Positions 1 to 7,187 of a stretch of DNA of 32,000 bases are shown piece by piece. Positions within the stretch are counted from its first letter, which is position 1; every line of letters starts with the position of its first letter. This DNA comes from Xylanibacter ruminicola 23 (lineage in GTDB: Bacteria; Bacteroidota; Bacteroidia; Bacteroidales; Bacteroidaceae). The notes beneath the pieces were generated by a model. The model had not been told where the DNA came from. It did not search any database and saw only the letters and a program-made list of their open reading frames with translations. Both the position numbers and the translations under genes were made by a program. The stretch is from positions 1,350,001 through 1,382,000 of the forward strand of contig NC_014033.1 of the NCBI RefSeq assembly GCF_000025925.1, read 5' to 3'.

Positions 1-262
1 TCTGCTCAGGCACCCATACCACTCCTGGAATTTTGAAGGCATTGGGATTGGCTTTAAGATGGCCATAGCGATTAACAAGCAACGACTGTTGATGCTCGGA
101 TTCGATACGCAGCAAATGATACGGATCGTACTTCGCCTGCAACTCCACCATAACAGAGTCGACATGATGCATCTCGGCTGTTAAGCTCTGTGCCAAGCCT
201 GCAACAGGAGTCACCAACAATAGCGCTATTAAAGATGTAAAGAATCCTTTTGATGATATCAT
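1..262 (-). CDS. hypothetical secreted protein, 5' part only (gene continues past the left edge)
   Basis: Own translation of the minus strand from ATG 262..260 gives MISSKGFFTSLIALLLVTPVAGLAQSLTAEMHH... It stays open to position 1 and starts with a signal-peptide-like N-terminus. A TACTTTTG -7-type box lies 19 nt upstream. It is absent from the supplied track because it is partial. No family recognised. Confidence 0.5.
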   Translation of the reverse strand, partial: MISSKGFFTSLIALLLVTPVAGLAQSLTAEMHHVDSVMVELQAKYDPYHLLRIESEHQQSLLVNRYGHLKANPNAFKIPGVVWVPEQ

Positions 263-280
263 ACACTTATATTTTGAGGG

Positions 281-288
281 CAAAAGTA
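281..288 (-). promoter_or_regulatory. candidate Bacteroidota -7 promoter box (TACTTTTG on minus strand)
   Basis: Matches the TAnnTTTG -7 consensus of Bacteroides-type promoters. Lies 19 nt upstream of the ATG at 262. Confidence 0.35.
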
Positions 289-330
289 CAAATATGTTTT
301 GGAATTTACAAGGATTTACAGATTTTTGTT

Positions 331-338
331 TACCTTTG
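331..338 (+). promoter_or_regulatory. candidate -7 promoter box (TACCTTTG) for panE
   Basis: Exact TAnnTTTG match 26 nt upstream of ATG 364. It lies downstream of the TTG at 250, which supports the shorter gene model. Confidence 0.4.
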
Positions 339-363
339 CACGGATTTAATTAAATATATCAGC

Positions 364-1281
364 ATGTTAAGTTATTCGATAATAGGTATGGGAGCCATCG
401 GAGGCTATTACGGCGGACGTTTGGCAAAGGCAGGACGTGAGGTGCATTTCCTCGCGCATAGTGACTATCAATATGTGTTACAGAATGGATTGCGAGTAGA
501 ATCGTGCGACGGCGATTTCTGTCTTCCACATATTAATGCCTACGCTACTCAGAAGGATATGCCAAAGACGGATGTGATCATCGTAGGATTGAAATCGGTT
601 AAAAACCACGATGTATTACCAGAGCTGCTACGCCCTATCGTACACCAGAATTCGATTGTAATACTTATACAAAATGGTATAGGACTGGAGGATGATTTGC
701 AGAATGTGTTTCCCGGCCTGCAGATTGTGGCTGGCTTGGCATTTATATGTTCGGCCAAGGTTGGTCCAGGTCATGTTTCGCACCAGTGCTATGGTAGCAT
801 TAATCTGGGTAACTACTCGTGCCAGCAGGAAAAGTTCGAGGTGCTGTTGCAGGATATGACAGATGCCGGCATCCAAGCTGCCGAGGTACCATATCTGGAA
901 GCACGATGGAAGAAGGCTGTATGGAACATGCCATTTAACGGTATGACGGTAGCCCTGAACACCAGTACCGACAAGCTGCTGAAGAACCCAGCCACACGCC
1001 AGCTGATATACGACCAGATGATGGAGGTGATTGGCGCCGCCAATGCCCTGGGTGTAAACACCCTGACATCTGAATTTGCTGATAAGATGATGCAGATGAC
1101 CGACGAGATGGTTCCCTATAGTCCGTCGATGAAACTAGATTTCGACTATCATCGCCCCATGGAGATTGAATATCTCTATTCGCGCCCAATCGCAGAGGCA
1201 AAGAAAGTCGGCTTCGAGATGCCGAAACTAGCCATGCTCGAAGCCGAATTAAAGTTTATAGAAGCCCAGCTGAATAGCTGA
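364..1281 (+). CDS. panE: 2-dehydropantoate 2-reductase (ketopantoate reductase, ApbA/PanE family)
   Basis: ORF 250..1281 trimmed to the first ATG (305 aa). Has the N-terminal Rossmann fingerprint IIGMGAIGGYYGGRLAKAG, then IQNG, KKAVWNMPFNGMTVAL and SPSMKLD...EIEY motifs typical of PanE. Confidence 0.85.
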   Translation: MLSYSIIGMGAIGGYYGGRLAKAGREVHFLAHSDYQYVLQNGLRVESCDGDFCLPHINAYATQKDMPKTDVIIVGLKSVKNHDVLPELLRPIVHQNSIVILIQNGIGLEDDLQNVFPGLQIVAGLAFICSAKVGPGHVSHQCYGSINLGNYSCQQEKFEVLLQDMTDAGIQAAEVPYLEARWKKAVWNMPFNGMTVALNTSTDKLLKNPATRQLIYDQMMEVIGAANALGVNTLTSEFADKMMQMTDEMVPYSPSMKLDFDYHRPMEIEYLYSRPIAEAKKVGFEMPKLAMLEAELKFIEAQLNS

Positions 1282-1284
1282 AAA

Positions 1285-2146
1285 CTAATCAGTAGTCTCG
1301 ATAACGAGTGTATCGCCGTTGTCGAGAGCTGATTTGATGTCGCGGCCACCACTCTGCACCTTACACAGACTGATGTCGTCGCCCTGAACTTCCTCGATCT
1401 TCAGCTTGCCAATCTGCTTCTTTGCCTCCTTACCGGCAACGGTCTTTACGGTATATACACCCATGTGCAGACCCTTGTAAGCACCCTCGGCACTGCCCAG
1501 GTCGATATACACTTCCTTCTGCTTATCCTTCTTATCGCGGGCACCCTCCAGTACGTTAGCGCGCAAAGGCAGCCAGCGGTTGCAGTATATGTTTACATAA
1601 TATGAAAGACGGTCAAGGGCCTTCAACATAGCGCCGTCTTCGGTCTCAATCCACGACAAGTCGGTTTCGGTTACGTTGAACGTAGGACTGGCCAGAATCT
1701 CGTCGGTCTTGGCGCTCTTAAACTGCATGGTAATACCAATCAGCGCCTTGTAATAGGTCTTGGTGCGGGTCTTTTTCTTATCCTTGTCGATATACTCTGT
1801 TTCGGTTTTAGATGTGGTCGATAAGGTAGATACAGTAGCATCTACATAGCGTGCGCCAGGGAGTGCAGCCTCTTGAGCCGACAGCTGTCCGTCGATAGCC
1901 GACATGCGGTGCGACTGCGATATACCCTTCAGGATAGCAGCCCCTAACGGCATCCTGATACTTCGACTGATCCTTCGAAACCTCACCTGTCAACAGTACA
2001 TCCAGTACCTTTTCAAGTGTCTTTGTCTTTTTCACCGTGTAGGTAAGATTGTTCATACCTACCACTACACGGGCATTTCTCTCATCCTGTGCCCAAGTTT
2101 CCAGTCCAAAAACCAGACAGAGGGCCATTATCAGCAATTTTCTCAT
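1285..2146 (-). pseudogene. secreted hypothetical protein split by an apparent 1-nt frameshift (pseudogene or sequencing error)
   Basis: ORF 1808..2146 supplies a signal peptide (MRKLLIMALCLVFGLETWAQ) and about 65 plausible residues. ORF 1285..1986, in the frame offset by 1 nt, carries the remaining about 220 residues but begins only at a GTG. The frames can be joined at the C4 run 1941..1944 (GGGG on the coding strand). Confidence 0.55.
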
Positions 2147-2180
2147 ACGTTGTAATATGGTTAATGTTAATATTTGGCGG

Positions 2181-2188
2181 CAAAGATA
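2181..2188 (-). promoter_or_regulatory. candidate -7 promoter box (TATCTTTG on minus strand) for the 2146 gene
   Basis: Exact TAnnTTTG match 35 nt upstream of ATG 2146. Confidence 0.4.
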
Positions 2189-2272
2189 GTACTTTATTTT
2201 GAAACATACAAGTGCTTGCTGAAGAAAAAAGCAGGTTGGCTGAAATTATTTTGCTGGTATTGAGCATATCAC

Positions 2273-2280
2273 TATCTTTG
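2273..2280 (+). promoter_or_regulatory. candidate -7 promoter box (TATCTTTG) for the 2343 gene
   Basis: Exact TAnnTTTG match 63 nt upstream of ATG 2343. A TTTG at 2250..2253 is in a plausible -33 position. Confidence 0.45.
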
Positions 2281-2342
2281 CAGCGTCGAAATACAACATC
2301 GGCGATATTGATAGTAATAACAATTTTAATAACTTAGAAACA

Positions 2343-2747
2343 ATGAAAAAGATTTTATTAGTAATGATGGCCCTGCTGACTATGACTACAGCAATGGCTC
2401 AGCCATCGGACCGTAAGGCTCCCAAGAAGATGACGCATCAGGAGATGACAACCCAGATGACCAGTAAGCTGAAACTGAACGATGCACAGAAAGCCAAAGT
2501 GGCTGCGCTGAACAAGGAGTATCAGGATATACTGATGCCACCCGAACCACCTAAGAATGCCGATGGCAGCAGACCTGAGCCACCAAAGAATGGCGACAAG
2601 GCTATGCCAAAGAAACCCGACAGCAAGCACAAGGCTAAGCGACAGGAGTACGAGAAGAAGCTGAAGCAAATTCTTACCGACGAGCAGTACAAGAATTACC
2701 AGAAGATGCAGCCGCCACACGGTAAGCGACCAGGAAAGAAAGAATAA
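2343..2747 (+). CDS. periplasmic DUF4890 / Spy-CpxP-like (LTxxQ motif) protein
   Basis: Signal peptide MKKILLVMMALLTMTTAMAQ. Two LxxxQ helices (LKLNDAQKAKV, ILTDEQYKNYQ). Lys/Pro-rich middle with internal repeat PEPPKN x2. Confidence 0.7.
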   Translation: MKKILLVMMALLTMTTAMAQPSDRKAPKKMTHQEMTTQMTSKLKLNDAQKAKVAALNKEYQDILMPPEPPKNADGSRPEPPKNGDKAMPKKPDSKHKAKRQEYEKKLKQILTDEQYKNYQKMQPPHGKRPGKKE

Positions 2748-2756
2748 ACAAATATA

Positions 2757-2790
2757 AAAGCGAGCCTGTTATCAAACAAGCCCGCTTTTA
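2757..2790. terminator. possible bidirectional intrinsic terminator between convergent genes
   Basis: AAAGCGAGC (2757..2765) pairs with GCCCGCTTT (2780..2788) with one mismatch and a 14-nt loop. T-rich tracts follow on both strands. Confidence 0.45.
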
Positions 2791-2793
2791 TAA

Positions 2794-4173
2794 TTATTTT
2801 TCGTATCTTGAAAATACCTGATCTACCAGGGCAGCGAATTCTTGGAAAGCATCGGTGTCGCTGAGCGATGAGAGGCTCTGGGCCAGCTGGCGGTAGTACC
2901 AGGCGTGGCACGCTGGATCTTTCTGATTAAAGCGCTGCCATACCTGCTCGCCCTGCTCATGATAATGAAGGAGCATGGCGCGCATGTTCGACAGTTTATC
3001 GCCAAGCGCCACAATCTTAACATCGCGACTGGCTGCTGCGAGATGATCGATAGCAGCCTGTTTGCGTATCTGCCAGCTGTCGATATGACTCATGCCAGGC
3101 ACCTCGCTGTCGGTCTCGGAATCAACCAGAGCTGCTACACGGTCGCCAAACTCGGTGCGGATATCGGCCACATTTACACCGGCATCCTCAACCACATCGT
3201 GCAGTACGGCTGCTGCCAACAGTTCCTGATCGTCGGTAATACTACCTACGATAGCCATCGCCTCGAGAGGATGAGCAATGTAAGGAATTTTGGTACCCTT
3301 ACGAACCACACCCGAATGGGCTTTGGTAGCAAAACAGATAGCACGATCAACCATGCTTGAATCGATAGTTTGCTTTTTCTTATCGTGAGGCTTCTCGTTG
3401 GTAAGATGCTTCAGCAAATCACTCTGGATGATGCCATTGGTAGCTACCACACTGTTGCCTTGGGTAAAGTCGGCCTCGCCATCGTAATTGGTTACGGTGC
3501 CGCCAGCCTCTTTTACTATCAACGCACCAGCCATGAAATCCCACTGACCGATGTACTGCTCGGCATAACCGTCGTATCGGCCTGCAGCCACATAGCACAA
3601 AGCCATGGCAGCCGAACCGCACATGCGGATGCTACCTACATGGCCGTAAAGCTCATCGATTAAGCGCTTGATAACGGGCTTATAAGCATCGCTGTTATAA
3701 GGCAGTTGCAAGCAGAGCAAAGCATCATTGATTTTCTGTGTACTTACGTGCAGCAGTTGACCGTCCATATAGGCGCCCCCACCCTGCCAGGCGTAAAAAC
3801 ACTCATCGTGACAAACCTCGTAAACCACACCTAACAATACCTCGTGGCCTTGCAACAGCGCAATGCTAACGGCGTAAGGTGCATACTGATGAATAAAATT
3901 GGTTGTACCATCAAGCGGATCTACCACCCATAAAAGCTGCTCCTGATCGTGACCAGCCAATCCTTCCTCGGTAATAAAACCTGCCTCGGGCAGTAACTGG
4001 CGCAATGCGGTTACAATCAGTTGCTCGGAGCCCTTGTCGACATACGACACGTAGTCGTGTGCATGCTTGCGCTCCACGCTCTCTAACGAGAACTTGCTTC
4101 GTTCGTTCCTAATGTAAGCGCCCGCCTGCCTAGCAATCTGGCAGACGGCGCTTGTTAATTGTCTTAACTCCAT
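2794..4173 (-). CDS. fusion protein: inositol monophosphatase/SuhB/CysQ-family phosphatase (N-terminal) + RelA/SpoT-type HD (p)ppGpp-hydrolase-like domain (C-terminal)
   Basis: Uninterrupted 459 aa. IMPase signatures FITEE, WVVDPLDGTTNF and WDFMAG occupy about the first 265 aa. A linker NEKPHDKKKQTIDSS follows, then HD signatures HPLEAMAIV and LHDVVEDAG. Its ATG abuts the stop of the upstream gene (TAAATG). Confidence 0.8.
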   Translation of the reverse strand: MELRQLTSAVCQIARQAGAYIRNERSKFSLESVERKHAHDYVSYVDKGSEQLIVTALRQLLPEAGFITEEGLAGHDQEQLLWVVDPLDGTTNFIHQYAPYAVSIALLQGHEVLLGVVYEVCHDECFYAWQGGGAYMDGQLLHVSTQKINDALLCLQLPYNSDAYKPVIKRLIDELYGHVGSIRMCGSAAMALCYVAAGRYDGYAEQYIGQWDFMAGALIVKEAGGTVTNYDGEADFTQGNSVVATNGIIQSDLLKHLTNEKPHDKKKQTIDSSMVDRAICFATKAHSGVVRKGTKIPYIAHPLEAMAIVGSITDDQELLAAAVLHDVVEDAGVNVADIRTEFGDRVAALVDSETDSEVPGMSHIDSWQIRKQAAIDHLAAASRDVKIVALGDKLSNMRAMLLHYHEQGEQVWQRFNQKDPACHAWYYRQLAQSLSSLSDTDAFQEFAALVDQVFSRYEK

Positions 4174-4719
4174 TTATTTGATTTCCTGGATAATCTTAGC
4201 ACCCTCTTTCAGGGCTTCCATATTCAGAGGAATCAGTCCGTGGTGGCGCTCAGGCAGAGTTTTGTAGAGAGCCTTCTCTACACCCTTGTCGCTTACCACA
4301 GGGGCTACCTTTAAGAGTCCACCCAAAACGATCATGTTGAACACTTTACCGTTTTTCATCTCGGCAGCCTTGTCCATCGCATTAATCTCGTAAACGGTGA
4401 TATCCTTACGGGTTGGCTTGTTGATGATACCAAAGCCATCGTAAATCAGAATGCCACCGGGCTTGATTTTGGGCTCAAACTTCTCGAGTGAGGGCTGATT
4501 GAGTACCACAGCGATGTCGTACTTGCTAAGGATAGGCGAAGAGATGCGCTCGTCGCTAACGATCACTGTAACGTTGGCTGTACCACCACGCTGCTCAGGA
4601 CCGTAAGCAGGCATCCATGTTACCTCCTTATCCTCCATCAGTCCACTATAGGCCAAGATCTTACCCATTGAGAGCACGCCCTGACCTCCGAAACCAGAAA
4701 TAATTATTTCTTTCTTCAT
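4174..4719 (-). CDS. 2-oxoacid:ferredoxin oxidoreductase, gamma subunit
   Basis: 181 aa. N-terminus MKKEIIISGFGGQGVLSMGKIL is typical of POR/KOR/VOR gamma subunits. Sits in an operon with the alpha, beta and delta subunits. Confidence 0.85.
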   Translation of the reverse strand: MKKEIIISGFGGQGVLSMGKILAYSGLMEDKEVTWMPAYGPEQRGGTANVTVIVSDERISSPILSKYDIAVVLNQPSLEKFEPKIKPGGILIYDGFGIINKPTRKDITVYEINAMDKAAEMKNGKVFNMIVLGGLLKVAPVVSDKGVEKALYKTLPERHHGLIPLNMEALKEGAKIIQEIK

Positions 4720-4796
4720 AAAACTTCGTTTTATGCATCATCGGCTGCACCTCAGCAAAGAGTAAACTCTCTGCATTCGGTTTGCACGATAATTCA

Positions 4797-5567
4797 TTAT
4801 TTATTTGTAGTATCTTTTAAGTCACCTTTGGGATAGAAGGGGAACATATTCTCCTTCATCCATTCGTTAGCCTTAGCGGGCGAAAGCTTCCAACCGCTGT
4901 TACAGGTTGAAACAAACTCTACCAGCGATGAACCCTTACCAGCCATCGAAGCCTCGAAAGCCTTACGCAGAGCCTTCTTAGCCTTGTTGATAGAGGCCAC
5001 GCTCTCTACACTCTGACGGGTAACATAGCAGGTACCCTCGAGCTGAGCAGCGATATCGGCCATCTTCAAAGGATAACCGTGAATCTCAGGATCACGACCA
5101 TAAGGACAGGTAGAGGTTTTCTGACCAATCAGTGTGGTTGGAGCCATCTGACCACCCGTCATACCATAAATGGCATTGTTAACGAAGATAATCACGATGT
5201 TCTCGCCACGGTTCAGTGCGTGGATGGTTTCGCAGGTACCGATACAAGCCAGGTCGCCATCGCCCTGATAGGTGAATACCAGGCGATCGGGCCAGGTGCG
5301 CTTGATACCAGTGGCCAGTGCGGGTGCACGACCATGGGCAGCCTCCTGCCAGTCGATATCAATATAATTGTAGGCGAAGACAGCACAACCTACAGGCGAA
5401 ACACCTACGGTCTTGTCTTCCATACCCATCTCTTCGATGACTTCGGCAATGAGCTTATGTACCACGCCGTGGCTACAGCCTGGGCAGTAGTGCATATTGT
5501 TGTCGTTCATCAGCGTCGGCTTCTTGCAGACGATGTTCTCTGGTTGAACTATTTGATTTCTATCCAT
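4797..5567 (-). CDS. 2-oxoacid:ferredoxin oxidoreductase, beta (TPP-binding) subunit
   Basis: 256 aa. Has a CPGCSHG cysteine motif and the TPP motif GDGD...NNAIYGMTGGQ. Confidence 0.88.
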   Translation of the reverse strand: MDRNQIVQPENIVCKKPTLMNDNNMHYCPGCSHGVVHKLIAEVIEEMGMEDKTVGVSPVGCAVFAYNYIDIDWQEAAHGRAPALATGIKRTWPDRLVFTYQGDGDLACIGTCETIHALNRGENIVIIFVNNAIYGMTGGQMAPTTLIGQKTSTCPYGRDPEIHGYPLKMADIAAQLEGTCYVTRQSVESVASINKAKKALRKAFEASMAGKGSSLVEFVSTCNSGWKLSPAKANEWMKENMFPFYPKGDLKDTTNK

Positions 5568-5582
5568 TTTCTATTAATTTTG

Positions 5583-5641
5583 GCAACGGACTACACGACT
5601 AACACGACTTTTCTTAATCCTTAAGTCCTGTTTTCCGTTGC
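5583..5641 (-). other. structured korA-korB-type spacer: 8-bp inverted repeat plus direct repeats
   Basis: GCAACGGA (5583..5590) and TCCGTTGC (5634..5641, overlapping the alpha-subunit stop codon) are perfect inverted repeats. ACACGACT occurs twice (5593..5600, 5602..5609). On the sense (minus) strand the spacer also reads ACTTAAG GATTAAG. Confidence 0.6.
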
Positions 5642-6726
5642 TACATAATTTTCTCTTTTAACGCATCTACAATTTCCTCGGGATCGGGGACGATACCTCC
5701 CAGGCGACCGAACTGCTCTACGGGAACTGCGCCGTTGGCAGCCAGACGAACATCCTGTACCATCTGACCAGCATTGATCTCGGCTACCAGGATACCCTTT
5801 ACCTTCTTTGAAAGCTCGGCAATCTGCTTCTCGGGGAATGGGAACAGTGTGATAGGACGGAACAGACCTACCTTGATACCCTGCTCGCGGGCAATCTCTA
5901 CGCTCTTCTCAGCAATACGGGCAGCACTACCGAATGCTACGATAGCATACTCGGCATCGTCCATCTGCTGCTGCTCAAAGCGTATCTCGTTCTCCTGAAT
6001 CTTGCGATACTTCTCCTGCAGAGCCAGGTTGCGCTGCTCCATGATCTCAGGCTTAAGCTCGAGTGATGTGATGACCACACGCTCGCGGTTCTTTGGCTTA
6101 CCAGTTGAAGCCCAAGGACACTCCTTAATAACCTCCTCGTCGGTACGACGGGGCTTGAATGGGGGCAGAACCACCTTCTCCATCATCTGACCGATAACGC
6201 CATCGCTCAGAATCATGGCTGGGTTACGATACTTAAATGCCAACTCGAAAGCGAGATCTACGAAATCGGCCATCTCCTGAACTGACGATGGAGCCAGAAC
6301 GATAACCTTGTAGTCGCCGTTACCACCACCACGGGTAGCCTGGAAATAGTCGCCCTGCGATGGCTGGATGGTACCCAGACCGGGACCTCCACGCTGAACA
6401 TTGACAAACACACCCGGCACCTCGGCACCAGCCATGTAAGTGATTCCCTCCTGCATCAGTGCGATACCAGGAGACGAAGATGAGGTCATGGCACGCTTAC
6501 CGGCACCGGCAGCACCATAAACCATGTAGATACTGGCCAGCTCGCTCTCGGCCTGAACTACCTGCATACCGGTAGTCTCCCAAGGCTTCAGCTCTGCCAA
6601 TGTCTCGATCACTTCACTCTGCGGAGTAATAGGATAGCCGAAATAGCCGTCGCATCCGCATCGAATAGCAGCGTGGGCAATAGCCTCGTTGCCTTTCATC
6701 AATACAACTTCCTTTTCCTGTGCCAT
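5641..6726 (-). CDS. 2-oxoacid:ferredoxin oxidoreductase, alpha subunit (KorA/VorB-like)
   Basis: 361 aa. N-terminus MKGNEAIAHAAIRCGCDGYFGYPITPQSE is typical of OFOR alpha subunits. Substrate (2-oxoglutarate or branched 2-oxoacids) cannot be judged by eye. Confidence 0.88.
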   Translation of the reverse strand: MAQEKEVVLMKGNEAIAHAAIRCGCDGYFGYPITPQSEVIETLAELKPWETTGMQVVQAESELASIYMVYGAAGAGKRAMTSSSSPGIALMQEGITYMAGAEVPGVFVNVQRGGPGLGTIQPSQGDYFQATRGGGNGDYKVIVLAPSSVQEMADFVDLAFELAFKYRNPAMILSDGVIGQMMEKVVLPPFKPRRTDEEVIKECPWASTGKPKNRERVVITSLELKPEIMEQRNLALQEKYRKIQENEIRFEQQQMDDAEYAIVAFGSAARIAEKSVEIAREQGIKVGLFRPITLFPFPEKQIAELSKKVKGILVAEINAGQMVQDVRLAANGAVPVEQFGRLGGIVPDPEEIVDALKEKIM

Positions 6727-6728
6727 AA

Positions 6729-6959
6729 TTACTCCTCCACTTTTTTACGATACACGGTGATACAACCATCGGGGCAGACGATGCCACACGAAGCACAGCC
6801 CACGCAGGCCTCTTCGTTGACAGCCTCCACGTAGGGGTAGCCGTGCAGATTAACTTTGTTGGCAAGGGCGATAACCTTCTGAGGGCAAGCAACGATGCAG
6901 AGGCTGCATCCCTTACACCTCTCGGTATTCACCTCAATAGCGCCTTTCATTTTTGCCAT
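6729..6959 (-). CDS. 4Fe-4S dicluster ferredoxin, OFOR delta subunit
   Basis: ORF 6729..7121 trimmed to ATG 6959 (76 aa). Two CxxCxxCxxxCP motifs (CKGCSLCIVACP, CVGCASCGIVCP). Its stop lies 2 nt before the alpha-subunit start. Confidence 0.8.
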   Translation of the reverse strand: MAKMKGAIEVNTERCKGCSLCIVACPQKVIALANKVNLHGYPYVEAVNEEACVGCASCGIVCPDGCITVYRKKVEE

Positions 6960-6972
6960 ATTCAGTATTTGT

Positions 6973-7152
6973 TTATGGATTATACATATCTTTACAATAG
7001 AAAGCCATGATGTCGTCGAGCATACGCTTGGCTTCCACAGCGGGACTCTCGGGATCGAGCTCAATAGCCTGGATATAGCTGTTGATAGCCTCGTGCCACT
7101 GACCGCGCTTGCGGGCCTCATTGCCTTGTTCGTAATACTCTTGTGCCGTCAT
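6973..7152 (-). CDS. small tetratricopeptide-repeat-like protein (59 aa)
   Basis: ORF 6973..7161 starts at TTG, so it is trimmed to ATG 7152. Sequence AQEYYEQGNEARKRGQWHEAINSYIQAIELDPES fits a single TPR motif. Sits 13 nt upstream of the delta-subunit gene. Confidence 0.55.
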   Translation of the reverse strand: MTAQEYYEQGNEARKRGQWHEAINSYIQAIELDPESPAVEAKRMLDDIMAFYCKDMYNP

Positions 7153-7187
7153 AATTGTCAATTATCAACTATCAACTGTCAATTATT
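7153..7187. repeat. heptamer array, 5 x 7 bp (AATTGTC AATTATC AACTATC AACTGTC AATTATT)
   Basis: Read directly. It fills the whole folD-to-TPR spacer, overlaps the folD stop codon and abuts ATG 7152. Confidence 0.9.

Noticed and set aside
72-266. Track ORF of 64 aa on the minus strand
   Set aside because: It starts at GTG and has a Cys/Arg-rich, non-protein-like sequence. A different minus-strand frame (ATG 262) gives a signal-peptide-bearing ORF that stays open to the window edge and is preferred.
250-363. N-terminal extension of the panE ORF
   Set aside because: It begins at TTG and its 38 extra residues precede the Rossmann fold. The candidate -7 box at 331..338 lies inside it, so ATG 364 is preferred.
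6960-7121. Upstream extension of the ferredoxin (delta subunit) ORF
   Set aside because: It overlaps the TPR ORF in another frame and adds 54 non-ferredoxin residues. The MAKMKG start at 6959 gives the canonical ~76-aa delta subunit.
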